A stretch of 64,000 bases of DNA from the human T2T-CHM13v2.0 reference genome, Homo sapiens. Below the pieces are notes generated by a model. It was not told where the DNA came from, made no database searches, and worked only from the letters and a program-made list of their open reading frames with translations. The translations under genes and the position numbers were made by a program. Shown here one piece after another: positions 30,289 through 41,400 of this stretch; the stretch's first letter is position 1; every line of letters begins with the position of its first letter. The stretch lies in NCBI RefSeq assembly GCF_009914755.1, contig NC_060925.1. One strand, 5' to 3'.

Positions 30289-30709
30289 CTGTGGCAGATG
30301 CTGCTGGTGCCCACCCACATCTCCTTGGCACGCCTCACTCCCAGTTCAGCTTCTCACTGCAAGCTGCTCCTCTCTGCCCGAGTGCTTTCTCTGGCTGCAG
30401 GAGTGCGTGGGGGCAGAACAGAACGGCAGAGAACTGACACCTCCAGGATCAGCCTCCAACAACAATGGATGGGAGTTGCAGAATATATAACCCAGCTTCC
30501 TCGCCCCCCACCAGGGACCTAGCCTGTCTCCTGGAGGCCCCAGGGGACTAAGCCTCCCTTGTCCGTGGGTAACCTGCTGATTAACTACCCCCATATTGGT
30601 TTTCTTCTTTTTCTCACTTCTTTACCCTCCTAACTTGCTCCTGAGATTAGCCTGCTCATCCTCAAATCCTTATCTCAGGGTCTGCTTCTGGGGAAATCTA
30701 ACCAAGACA
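30289..30709 (+). mobile_element. LTR16-family ERVL LTR
   Basis: tgtggcagatgctg...gatgggagttg...caaatccttatctcagggtctgcttctggggaaatctaaccaagaca. Confidence 0.7.
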
Positions 30710-30857
30710 CCTTAACTGAATTACCAGCCTGGGGCAGGTTCTCTGATCATTCTTTCTAACAGCACGAGGAACCTTGGCTGCTCAGATGCGATTGCAGTTT
30801 ACATGCACACATTTCTTTCTGTGATTATTTGAGTAATGTCTGTTTTTTGTGCTAGAG

Positions 30858-31039
30858 CAGGGGTCGGCAAAACAATAGCCATCAGGCCAAATCCAGCTGC
30901 AATGGCTCATTTCCGTATTGGCTGTGACTCCTTTTGAGCTGCAGTAGCAGAGCTGAGTAGTTTCAACAAAGATCTTATGGCTTGCAAAGCAGAAGTATTT
31001 ACTACCCGGTCCCTTACAGAAAACGTTTATTGGCCCTTG
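30858..31039. mobile_element. MER58A hAT-Charlie DNA transposon
   Basis: caggggtcggcaaa...ggccaaatccagc...tatttactacccggtcccttacagaaaacgttt. Confidence 0.8.
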
Positions 31040-31056
31040 TGGTAGGCTATACATTT

Positions 31057-31535
31057 GTATCAGTTAGCTTGGCTGGGTAAGAAACTACCCAAAACTAAAT
31101 TTTTTGAATTTATGTAGCTCACAATTCTATGAGCCGACTGGGTAGCTTTTCTGGTTTAAGCCCGATCAGCTGATTTCTGCTGAGTTCTCTAAAGTGTCTA
31201 TGGTCAGCTGGTGGGTCAAGTGACAACAATGGTACTAGGATGGCCTCACCCACATTTTAGAAGGTGGTAGCTGTTGGCCAGTGAGACACTGGCAATTAGG
31301 CCATGTGTCTCTCGCCATCCATCAGGCTGCCTTGGGCTTCTTCATACAGCAGTGGCAACAGGGGTTCTATGAGTGGCCAGACAGGACAGAGCACAAACAT
31401 TATTCAAGCCTCTGCTTGCGTATGTTGTCTAACATCCCATTGCTCAAAGCCAGTCACATGGCTGAGTTCAGCATCAAAGTGGGGTGGCACCAAAAGGGAA
31501 CCCACTAAACCTATGGCTATTTTTACAATTCACCA
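31057..31535 (-). mobile_element. MLT1 (F/G/H-like) MaLR LTR
   Basis: gctcacaattctatg...caagcctctgcttgc...ctaacatcccattgctcaaagccagtcacatggc. Confidence 0.75.
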
Positions 31536-32729
31536 TGAAGCTCTACGAGGGCACAGACCCTGCACGTACTCGCTCACCATTCTATGTCAATGAGTAAAGC
31601 ACAGTGTCTGGCATAGAGTTGGTGCTGAATAAATGTTCATTAAGTAAATGAATACAATTTAACTGTTTGAATAACAACGACCTTTTATTGAGCCTTTGCT
31701 ATATAGTTGGAGTGGTTTTAGATACTTCACATGCATTAGCTAATGCTTACCTGAGAGACAGACCCCAGTACCAGACAAGACAGACAAGACAGCCGAGGCT
31801 CACCATCAAGAACTTGCCCTGTGTCGCAAAGGCAGTCTGAGGAATCAGAATTTTAAACTAGTTTGTTTAATTCCAAAGCCTGCTCTGTTAATCATTATCC
31901 CCTCCTTTTTTTTTTTTCACTAAAAGCTTTAAATTTTTTACAGTTTCAAATTTCTTCCTTTATTTTACTATTTTATTTTATTTCTTTATTTTACTAATTT
32001 CATTTTAAAATTGGGAGCTGGGTGTTTCTCTTGGCTTCCCCAGCCCTTTCTCCTTGGTGGCCCAGAGGTCCTGTTAACACCTCATAACCAACCTCCATTT
32101 CAGTGCCGGGTGGTAATTTTGACTTAAAAAGTTAGCTTGTGGGACAACCAACAGCCACACACCTAAAATCACTGCTCTTGACAGCTCAGCAAAATTGAAG
32201 GCCAACATTTCACTCAAGAAGGCAATAAATCCAGCCCCCAAGGCAGCTGCTGAGAGGCGCTGAAACAGCGCTGTTATCTTATCTCTCATACCATTCAGGC
32301 CGTACATGAGGGAATCCATGGATCAAAATCAAAAAAGTCTCCAGAGAACATAGTCTTCGAAATGACCATTGTTTATTCAGAGTTCAATAATTAATCAACC
32401 CCACAAACCTTTCTTCAGCACTTACGGTATTCCAGGCATTATGCTACTCACAATGGGAGAACATAAGTGAACAAGAGCCCCTGCCGTCGAGATGCTCGTC
32501 TAAACAGACAATGATTTGGCAATGTATTGAGTGTTCTGGTGGAGACGTGCCCAAAGAGTACACAAGGGGGGCGGTGAGCTCGGTTTGGGTGAGCTCGGTT
32601 TGGGTGGGAAGCTGAAGAGGAGAATAGGAAAGTCTCTTATACAACCTTGGGAATCTAATTCAGGTTCAAACAAGGTTGGGCTTCCAAAATGGTACAATGG
32701 AGTAATCAAGCTCATGGACTGAGATGTCT

Positions 32730-32945
32730 ATTTGCAGATTTGTTATTTCTGCCACTTGTTATTTGTGCAATTTTGGAAGAGATGACTTCTCTAAGCCTTA
32801 GTTTACTCATTCATGAAATGGGTGAAAATATTATCTGCTTCAGAAGGTTTTTGAGGATTAAATTTAAAAATATATATATATATGTCTTGTGCTTAGCATT
32901 ATTTTGGGCACGTAGTCAATGTTCAATAAGTGACAGGTGTTATTA
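32730..32945 (+). mobile_element. MIR SINE
   Basis: ctctaagccttagtttactcattcatgaaatgggtgaaaata...tttgaggattaaat. Confidence 0.7.
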
Positions 32946-33476
32946 GTGATTGTTAGTAATAGTATTGCTGGTAGTAGCATTCTCACCTATATTGACCATT
33001 CCTTCATTCATTTAAAAAATATTTGTTAAGTGTCTGCCGTATCTCAGACTCCATGGGGGACACAAAAATGACAAGATGTACATGAAGCCTTTCAAAAGGC
33101 TTACAGCTTAGTGTAGAGAAGACACATATATAAGTAGCTACCTTCCCGTCCAGAGCTAGGCTCGTATCCAGTAAGATTGGGCCTGGAAGCCTCCTGCACG
33201 TCAGGACTGTTTTCCCTGGGATACACACTTTTGCTATCTTGGACCACTTCAAATCTGTTTGATTTCAGATTTATCTCTGGTTTTTCATTTGTAGTTTCAC
33301 TTTTGTCTCTTTGTCTTGGTGCTTGATACAACTCTATTGGTACTGACCTCTGGCTTTCATTTTTGGCTAGGGCTGATATTTTCCCTTTGGATTACGTGAT
33401 CTAGGGCCACTCTAGGCAAACATCTTACCTGACCTAGCCTGAGCAGGAGCCTGATCTGAGCTTAGTCCTTAGGGGT

Positions 33477-33490
33477 CCACCAGATGGCAA
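33477..33490 (+). promoter_or_regulatory. CTCF-like motif CCACCAGATGGCA
   Basis: 13 of 14 positions match CCASYAGRKGGCRS; motif only. Confidence 0.4.
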
Positions 33491-34646
33491 ATTGAAGGTA
33501 GTGATTGAAAAGCATCTCCAAGAAAAAAATGGCAAAGTGCTGTGGAGAGCCCAAGGGGGAGCCAGCCTGGCCTAGACTCTACCATAGTGGCTTGGTGGAC
33601 AGAAAGCAGCCAGCTCCTGTGTTGTCATTCATTTCTGTGCAACGCAGAGCTCATCCTTGCAGCCTCATAGCTGACTTCATGTGACTCTGCATATATACAC
33701 CTCTTGTTAATTCATCCAGTGCTGTGAGTTGTTGACTGTAACTTGACATCTCTAACAATCCATCAGTTTATTCATTAATTATAGCAAACTGGTTTCAGCC
33801 ACAGAAAATTAGAAATGAATTTTTCAATAAGCCACGTCTCCATGGATAGTTCACAAAATCAAAAGGAAGAATACCTGGCCAATCTAATTCATTATCACAA
33901 TCAAATAGTGCTAAATGGTTCTTTGTGGGATAAGCTTAAATTAAGAAATTGTATTAGCAGCTCTAATCATTACTGATTATTTAATTATCGGCCATTTAAA
34001 AATCATCTCCAGTTTTGAGATTATGGATCAGATTGAGATTTACAACATCCTTCTTTAGTTCACTCTACCCTCTAACAAGATGTATTGCAATATTGTTGAG
34101 TTAGCACTGATTTTACCTCGATCCCCATCGTAGTTCCTTCATTCCATGGCAACCTGGAGCAAAGATAATAATAGCAAACATTTATGGAGTGCTTATTATG
34201 TACTAGGAATGTGTTTGAGTTCATAAATAACTCATCAATGAGAACTCATACATGCTCCTAGCATACATTGCGATTGATTATATTTATTAACTTATTTAAT
34301 CTTCATAAAACCCTACAAAGTAATTATTATTACGCCCATTTTATAAATAAGAAAACTGACGCACCAGGACATTTGATTGAAGTGTTCACAATGAATAAGC
34401 AGGAGAGCAAAACTTTGAGCCCAGCTCATCTGGCTCCAGGGCACTAGAATCCATGCCTAACCACTAGGTCACTTCGCCTCTAATGCCTCCCAGCTTAGTG
34501 TTCATTGCATGGCAGGTGCTCAATCCAGCCAACCATTGGAGTCCCCACCAGATTGTAGGCTCTTTTGAAGACAGTGTGGTGTCTTGTTTACCTCTGTATC
34601 TATCCTTTACCATTGCTAGCACTGAGCTTTGAGTAACAGAAACTCA

Positions 34647-34650
<4 letters not shown>

Positions 34651-34696
<46 letters not shown>
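34651..34696. repeat. (TG)23 microsatellite
   Basis: Pure uninterrupted TG repeat. Confidence 0.98.
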
Positions 34697-34700
<4 letters not shown>

Positions 34701-36186
34701 TGGAAAGGTAAGATTGAGGGAGGGAGGTAGCAAAAAGAGTAAGATAAAGATTTTACTAATTCCAAAAGTAGCCTGAAGTCTAATCATGTTACAATCTCTA
34801 CTCAGAATCTTTGGGGGTAAACATCTTTAACACATACGAGTGTATCAGAGCCAGGCTAAACCCTGACTAGATGACCCCAGGTCTGAGAAATCAGGGCCTG
34901 GACATACTCTGAGAAATGTTAATAGGTAACAAAGAAAGTCGGAACGGTTGGTGAGTTAATATTTGAAATGCAATTCAGATGAAGTCATATCCAGACTCTG
35001 CCAACTTTCAATTGCTTCCAGCATCTTCAAACACCACATGCCAAAATCTTCCCTCTACCTCACTCACCAACACTTCTTCTTCCCAGTCACTGCGGCGCAA
35101 AATCCCGCCTTTGAATCCTCCTTCTCCCTGTGCCTCTCTCCCCTACCTCCATCTACCCAGTCTCCAAGACCACAGACTCAACCTTCTCCTTATCATGCCC
35201 ACAGGTCCCCAACTCCTCCTTCCCTGCCAAGTCTCCTGACCAGCCTCTCTGCCTGTTCTCATCTTTCCTCTATCATCTATGCACCACTGTTGCTGTTATC
35301 TTTTTCTAATTGCAGTTTTAGTATATCCTTCTCCTCCTGGAAGATATATAGTAAACCCCCACTCCTGCTGGAGTACATAGTCCTTTACCTTGAATTCATG
35401 GGGCTTTTATCATATCACTCAATTGAGTAATGTAGGTTTTATTCCTGCCTCCCATCCCACATTCAAGTTCACACTCTCCACTCTAACCCAAGTGTACTAT
35501 TTCTAGACCCGCACATGTTACCTGCTCTTCCCTCCTGCCAGGTCTTTATGGACTGCCGCTCCTTCAGCCGAAACCTCCTATTTCCTGCCTGCCTTTCAAT
35601 TCACATAAGCTTATTGCTTTTTACCAGCCAAACCCAAAGAGACACGTCATTGAGGGTGGTGAGGCTCTTTTAATTTCTCTTCTCAAAAGACACATTGTCT
35701 AGCAGATTATATTCATCAGCCGTCAGGACACATGCCTAGCTTCTTTATTACCTGCTGTGCTTTTATGTCGGCCTGGTCAATGGGTTGTCTGTCAAATCTG
35801 AACTTTGTCTTTCTCAGGGGCAGATCTCTCTCAGCCTTACTTGTTTACCTCATAGTCTGTGCCGATTATTTCTGAAGACGGCCACTTTGGAAGAAACCTA
35901 CCTAGCTATGGGAGATGCCTCCATAGAGGGAAGGCAGAGCCAGCAGCCAGGACCATGAACCTGGAGGTGGATGACCTGAGATGGGATGGGAGGAGCAATT
36001 GTGTCCAGGTGCCGGGTGCTCATTCCTTTGACTCCGTTTGACACACCTGTTATTCCTCAAATGCCTTGAATAAAACAACCAAGTCAAATTCTCTTCTTCC
36101 TAAAGGGGATCATGATAGACCTCAGCAGGTTTTGGACTCAGCCAACAAAGAATAGACATTTTTCATATTTAGAAAATAGGCTCACC

Positions 36187-36322
36187 AGCCGGGTGTGGTG
36201 GCTCACACTTATAATTCCAGCACTTTGGAAGGCTGAGGCAGGTGGATTGCTTGAGCACAGAAGTTCGAGACCAGCCTGGCCAACATGGTAAAACCTCATC
36301 TCTAAAAAAAAAAAGAAAATAA
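36187..36322 (+). mobile_element. Alu left monomer (FLAM_C-like)
   Basis: Single left arm plus A tail; TSD-like aaaataggctcacc / aaaatatactcacc. Confidence 0.9.
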
Positions 36323-37070
36323 AATATACTCACCTGTGGCTCGCCTATGATATAATGGACATGAGCATCATCCTAGTGACAACTGAGAAAACTCATTTCA
36401 TCCATTTCTGCATTTTGCAGACGCTGGGTCACTCCTGGTTTGGGATCCCATAATCCCATCTGCTTTAGATAGATGCTAAGTAGGTTATTTATTCTAGAAG
36501 TCTTTAACTCCTATCCTAAGTAGTGGATGCCATTTCTCGCCAGGCTATTTATTCCAGGTGACCCTTATAAATGGTTCATTCAAGAGGAACTCAGAGTAGG
36601 CACTCTCCCCTACCCAGAATTTTCCTCAAGATACAGACCCCTTAGTTTGCTACCGATCCCATTAGAACTCTATGACAACTCTCTCCTTAACATGTTTCAA
36701 GTCTGGGTCTTCAATATTTTGTCTTAGGACTATAAAGAATCTAGGTGCATTGGTCCATGACCACTTCCTGCTCTACTTTTTCATTTCAACAAGGAAAAAA
36801 CTGAGAGTACCCTATAGGTTTTGCAGAATAGCCTTTCAAATATCCAGTTTCACAAAGGGAACGTGATGTAGTATGAAACAAACCATACAATCTCGGAATC
36901 AACAAGCAACTGTTAATATTTCCTCGAAGACTGAATCGTCACTTACTGCAGATAACTGTTCTGAATACCAGTATATTCATAGCACTCTCCTAGGCACTGA
37001 GAAGAGGGCCAAGGTGACGATGGGAAGGTGAGAAAATAAATAAAATGGGTCATCAACCTTAAAGGAGTTA

Positions 37071-37716
37071 CAGGCAATTCCTGTTATTCATGGTAGTAAT
37101 GTTCTATAAAGTCTCTGTGAACACTGAATCAAGTGAATACTGAACTACTCTTCCTAGGGGAAACACAGGGTTATGTTCCTGTGAGCCTCTGGTCCCAACA
37201 TTTTTGTCCATTGATCAATACATACCTTGTCTTCGTGTGTGTGTCTGTTTACAGACACGACATTTAACACATATTGTTAACTCATTAACATTGAGCTCAT
37301 GGCCAACAGCATCAGAACTCATGGGTGAACGAAGCATATCTACACACGTATTTTCTCCTCAAGGCACATCACAGAGTTCGTGCACCTAGAAATGCTAGAC
37401 GCACTGCAGCACTACCCTTGGGGGCCATTTTAAACAGCAATAGCATCGAAAAAAGCACAAAGGTGCAAAAAATGTGTCATTAAATGTACCACAAAAAGGA
37501 CACTTGTTTACAGGTTGAAAATTAAAATAAGCAGGCAGAGCGTCCCCTTGTTTGACCTCACGTGGGGACGTGTGTGGAGAGCGATTCGTTTTTCTCCACT
37601 CTGCACACATCTGCGCTTGTTTGTGAAAGTGCCACGGTATTGATTTGGGGGTTACATAAATTCAGCAAGTGGGCAAAGTCACAGTTCTGGAATTCATGAA
37701 TAATGAGGACAAATTG
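37071..37716. mobile_element. MER82 (TcMar-Tigger) DNA transposon, near full length
   Basis: caggcaattcctgttattcatggtagtaatgttctataaagtc...gaacactgaat...tcctaggggaaa; inverted end catgaataatgaggacaaattg; preceded by TA. Confidence 0.85.
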
Positions 37717-37793
37717 TGTATTCTAAAATGCATGTGAACAACAAATTACACAATTTCTAAGACAGAATTGGGGCAAAAATGAAATATTGTAAC

Positions 37794-38281
37794 CTGGACC
37801 AGCTACATAATTTGCAGGGCCCAGTGCCAAGTGAAAATACAAGGTCTCTTGATCCAAAAGACAGCAGAGCAGGAAGCCAGATGTGGGCCTTTGTGAGTGA
37901 GGGCCCTTTACCACTGCAGTTCCTGTACCAAGGAAGCTGGCCCCGACCTAACAGTGACATGAGTACAGTGTGGGGAGCAGACTTGGGGACTGGACCAAGT
38001 GACATGAGTACAGTGTGGGGAGCAGACTTGGGGACTGGACCAAGTGACATGAGTACAGTGTGGGGAGCAGACCTGGGGACTGGACCAAGAAAGGTTTTCT
38101 GGAGGTGGTAGCATTTGAACAAAGCCTTGGATGGCTTGAGAAAGTGGCTGAAATGAATGGCTGAACACCACCAATTCACGTAATGCCCACCATATTTACA
38201 AACAAGTCTGGAGGCCTGCTGTGAACTCCATGGTACACAGGTTGCATAACACTTACTGACTTGACCACGAGCCAGGTCCTG
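37794..38281 (-). mobile_element. MER45-family hAT-Tip100 DNA transposon
   Basis: ggaccagctacataatttgcagggcccagtgc at left end; degenerate cacaggttgca...ggtcctg at right end. Confidence 0.65.
37953..38089 (+). repeat. Minisatellite 3 x 45 bp
   Basis: agtgacatgagtacagtgtggggagcagacttggggactggacca at 37953, 37998, 38043; one mismatch in copy 3. Confidence 0.97.
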
Positions 38282-38289
38282 GGACAAAT

Positions 38290-38460
38290 GGTTAACATGC
38301 GTTCTCTCATTTAATCATTACAATAACCCTAAGAAGGCCAATGTCATGGCCACCCCCATTTTACAGTTGAGGAAATGGAGGCTTATTGAGGTTAAGCAAC
38401 TTGCCCAATGTCACACAGCCAGGGGCAGAGGAACGGTTTAAACCCTGACCCTCTGGCCCC
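38290..38460 (-). mobile_element. MIR SINE
   Basis: ccccattttacagttgaggaaatggaggct...gaggttaagcaacttgcccaatgtcacacagc. Confidence 0.82.
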
Positions 38461-41400
38461 CAAACTTACTTAGAACCTTCATCAGACCATATTTCCCTTT
38501 TTAATAGGCAACTCATATTGCCCTGTTTTTTAATGGAGCCATCTTTGGTAGTCTCACTATCAGTGGGGCCAGGTAAGCACACCTGTATCTCAGAGGGGAT
38601 AGGTGAGGCTGAGAGGGTACCTCCAACCCTAACCTACTTCCCAATCCTATTGGTTTCTGAGGAAGGAAACGGTCATGCCACTGAGACATGGCCAGGGCCC
38701 TTAGACTTGTGTAGTTCCTTAGAGTTTACAAAGTGCTTCCACCTTCATTATCTCACAGGTTCTTGCAACAGTCCCGTGAATTCCTGACACATTTTACAGA
38801 TGGGAAGCTGATTGTGAGGGAGGACAAGTGACTAGGCCAAGGGGCAGACAGGCAGGCAGGCAGGCAGGCGAGGAGTGAAGGCGGGAACCGGAGCCCAGAC
38901 CTGCAAGCTCCTGGCCAATGTTCTTCTGGCTCGGCCCCTCGGCCTTCACCAGGACCATTTGGTGGCAAGTGGTTTAAAACCACGGTACGGAAATGCCTCA
39001 GCTCCACATCTTCCCCTGCCGAACGCCTCTCACTGATACAGTGCAGGTGCGTGTGTCGGGGTTTGCTTAGCAAATGCATTCTCCTTTGGATTTTGGTTCT
39101 TTAAGAGTGGGGCAGGAACACAGAGTATTTGATAGGATAATTAATACTCTGAATAGTACACATGACAGGAATCTGCTGGCAGTTGAGGCTCAATTTGTGG
39201 ACTATTCAGCTGAAGGGGTTTTCTAGCTTCTCTGAACAGGTTAATTAAGCAAAGTTGCCGGAGGGGGCTCCCCTTGGTATGGGGCAGGAGGAGCAGAGCA
39301 GCATTTGAAGACTCGCGCACCGACTGGCATCTTTACCCAGCACCGGGAGGCTCTTTGGATCCAAGAGAGGAGCCTTTTCTTGCTTTCTGCTTGCCTTGGC
39401 TCTGGTCCCTGGTCTCTGTCTTGCAGCCAGTGTGCTGAGGCCCTCTTGGGCCCCCTGTCCTGCAGCAGACGTGAGGGGACGGAGGGCTCTTTCTCCTTCC
39501 AACAGTGGCACAAGGAGGAGGGCAAGGTCCTTTCTCTTCCATGTTGAGATGGGCTGTGGCGGGAGGGAGGGAATAAAAAGAGACTCTGGCTCTGTGTTCC
39601 AGAATTAATGGTTAGCGTCTGCTGAGGCTATTTGCGCTGTAATCGAAATTAAACAACAAAAAGCAGGGATGAAGCAAAACAACCCAAATGATCAAAAACC
39701 ATTCGGGTGGTGGGTGTAAAACTCGCTTTCTCTCAGCAGCAGAGGTCCAAGTATACATACCCACTGGAAAGCTGAAGTGCTGAACAGAACACCTTTGTAG
39801 TCACTTTTGCTGAGACACATGCACACGCATACATTTAAGGAGGAATGCGCCATTCGCTGCCCTGCGAAGTATCACACGTCCGCATAGTAAGCAGTACATT
39901 TCACACATGAATGAGGGGTCTGAATCTCAAATGTAAGCCACTGGAGATCTGTGAAAATTATCAAAAGGGGTGAGTAGAAATTCAGCAATTTTATTCCGTT
40001 CAGTAAAGGAATAAGTCTGTGGTCGCTAACCATCCTTCTGTCTCATCAAGAAATTTTGTGGTAGACTCATTCTATGGAAAGTTTGTCTACAGTTTTCCAT
40101 CTGCTGTGATAATCGTTATTAATCAAGCTGCTGTCATACCATCTTGGGCTGTGATTTTGTTAACCCCTCCATGCCAGGTAGGGTTTGTCCTGGGGAAGGA
40201 AGATGTACCTGAGGGGCCTGGATGGTGCATGCTCTCTGCATCACGTGACAAGTCTCTGGGCTATTAAATGTCATTTTCTAAAAGAAGCATAAAATGGGGA
40301 CTGTGAGGATCTATCTGTTCTAAGACTCACCCATCAGATTTACCTGAGATCCTGTTTGAGGTGGGGAGTCAGTTTCCTAGCCCACAGTTTTTCCATGCAG
40401 TTCATGTAAGTCTCTGATTTCATCAGAAAACTTCTTATTCACTGTCTGCCCCACAGCTTCCCGTTTCTTGGCCCCTGTTGAGTATGCACATGCCAAATGC
40501 CATTTCCAGGCAGTAGGGAGAGGGGACTCCTGGGTCCCTAGGAAGCTGACCCTGAGTTAGTGTCTGGAACTGCCCCTGAGTCGGTGGTCCATGGAAATCA
40601 GTGCTTTCGAGGTTTTTTGGTTTGTTTACTTTGCTTTCGTACTATTTTTAGAAAGTAATTTAAGGCTAAACAATGTTTTAAAAATAATCTAAAAATCTCA
40701 TCCACCACCAGAGATAATTAGTTGCATGTGGAGTTAATTTAGAAACTAGAACCCCAGCGTTGGGAGACAGCAAACAGAAGGTAGTGGTGGATTTCCATTT
40801 TATGATTAGTGCAATGGCAGAAAATTCACAAATATGACTTTGTGCCTAAATACATAATAATTCATCAGACTGGTGATATCAACAAAAATGAACTGTGGCT
40901 CACCTTTCTGGAATCTTCAATTGGTAAAATTCCCCATCCTCTCCTGGCCTGCCTAATCCATCTCCCAATATATCTTATTTTAAAGGCAGAGAGAATTGAG
41001 CCTGAGAAAACAAAGGTATGATTGCGAGAGGTGGTATGATAACCATATTCAGGCTAATGAACAGATCTTTTCTAGCTCCTAATGTAGAATAGGAGATTGT
41101 GATAATAATAAAACAATGAAGATTTATTGAGTGCTAATGTGTGCCAGACACTGTGCTAATTGATTTATATCCATTATCTCAGTCCATCCTCACAAGATCC
41201 TATGAATAAGTTGCTATTACTGTCCTGCAACTGGGAAAGAGCAGAGCTAGCATTTGCATTCAGGTTCACTCCAGAGCCCATGCTCTTCAACACTGTGCTC
41301 AGTTGAGAAAACGGGCATCCAGCAAAACTAAGAATTGAAGTTCACGATGACTTGACATCAAGGAGAATTCCTCAGTCTTTAAGGAAAGAGTTAACTATAT

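Noticed and set aside
37757-38287. ORFs with 15-aa repeats
   Set aside because: Artefact of the 45-bp minisatellite.
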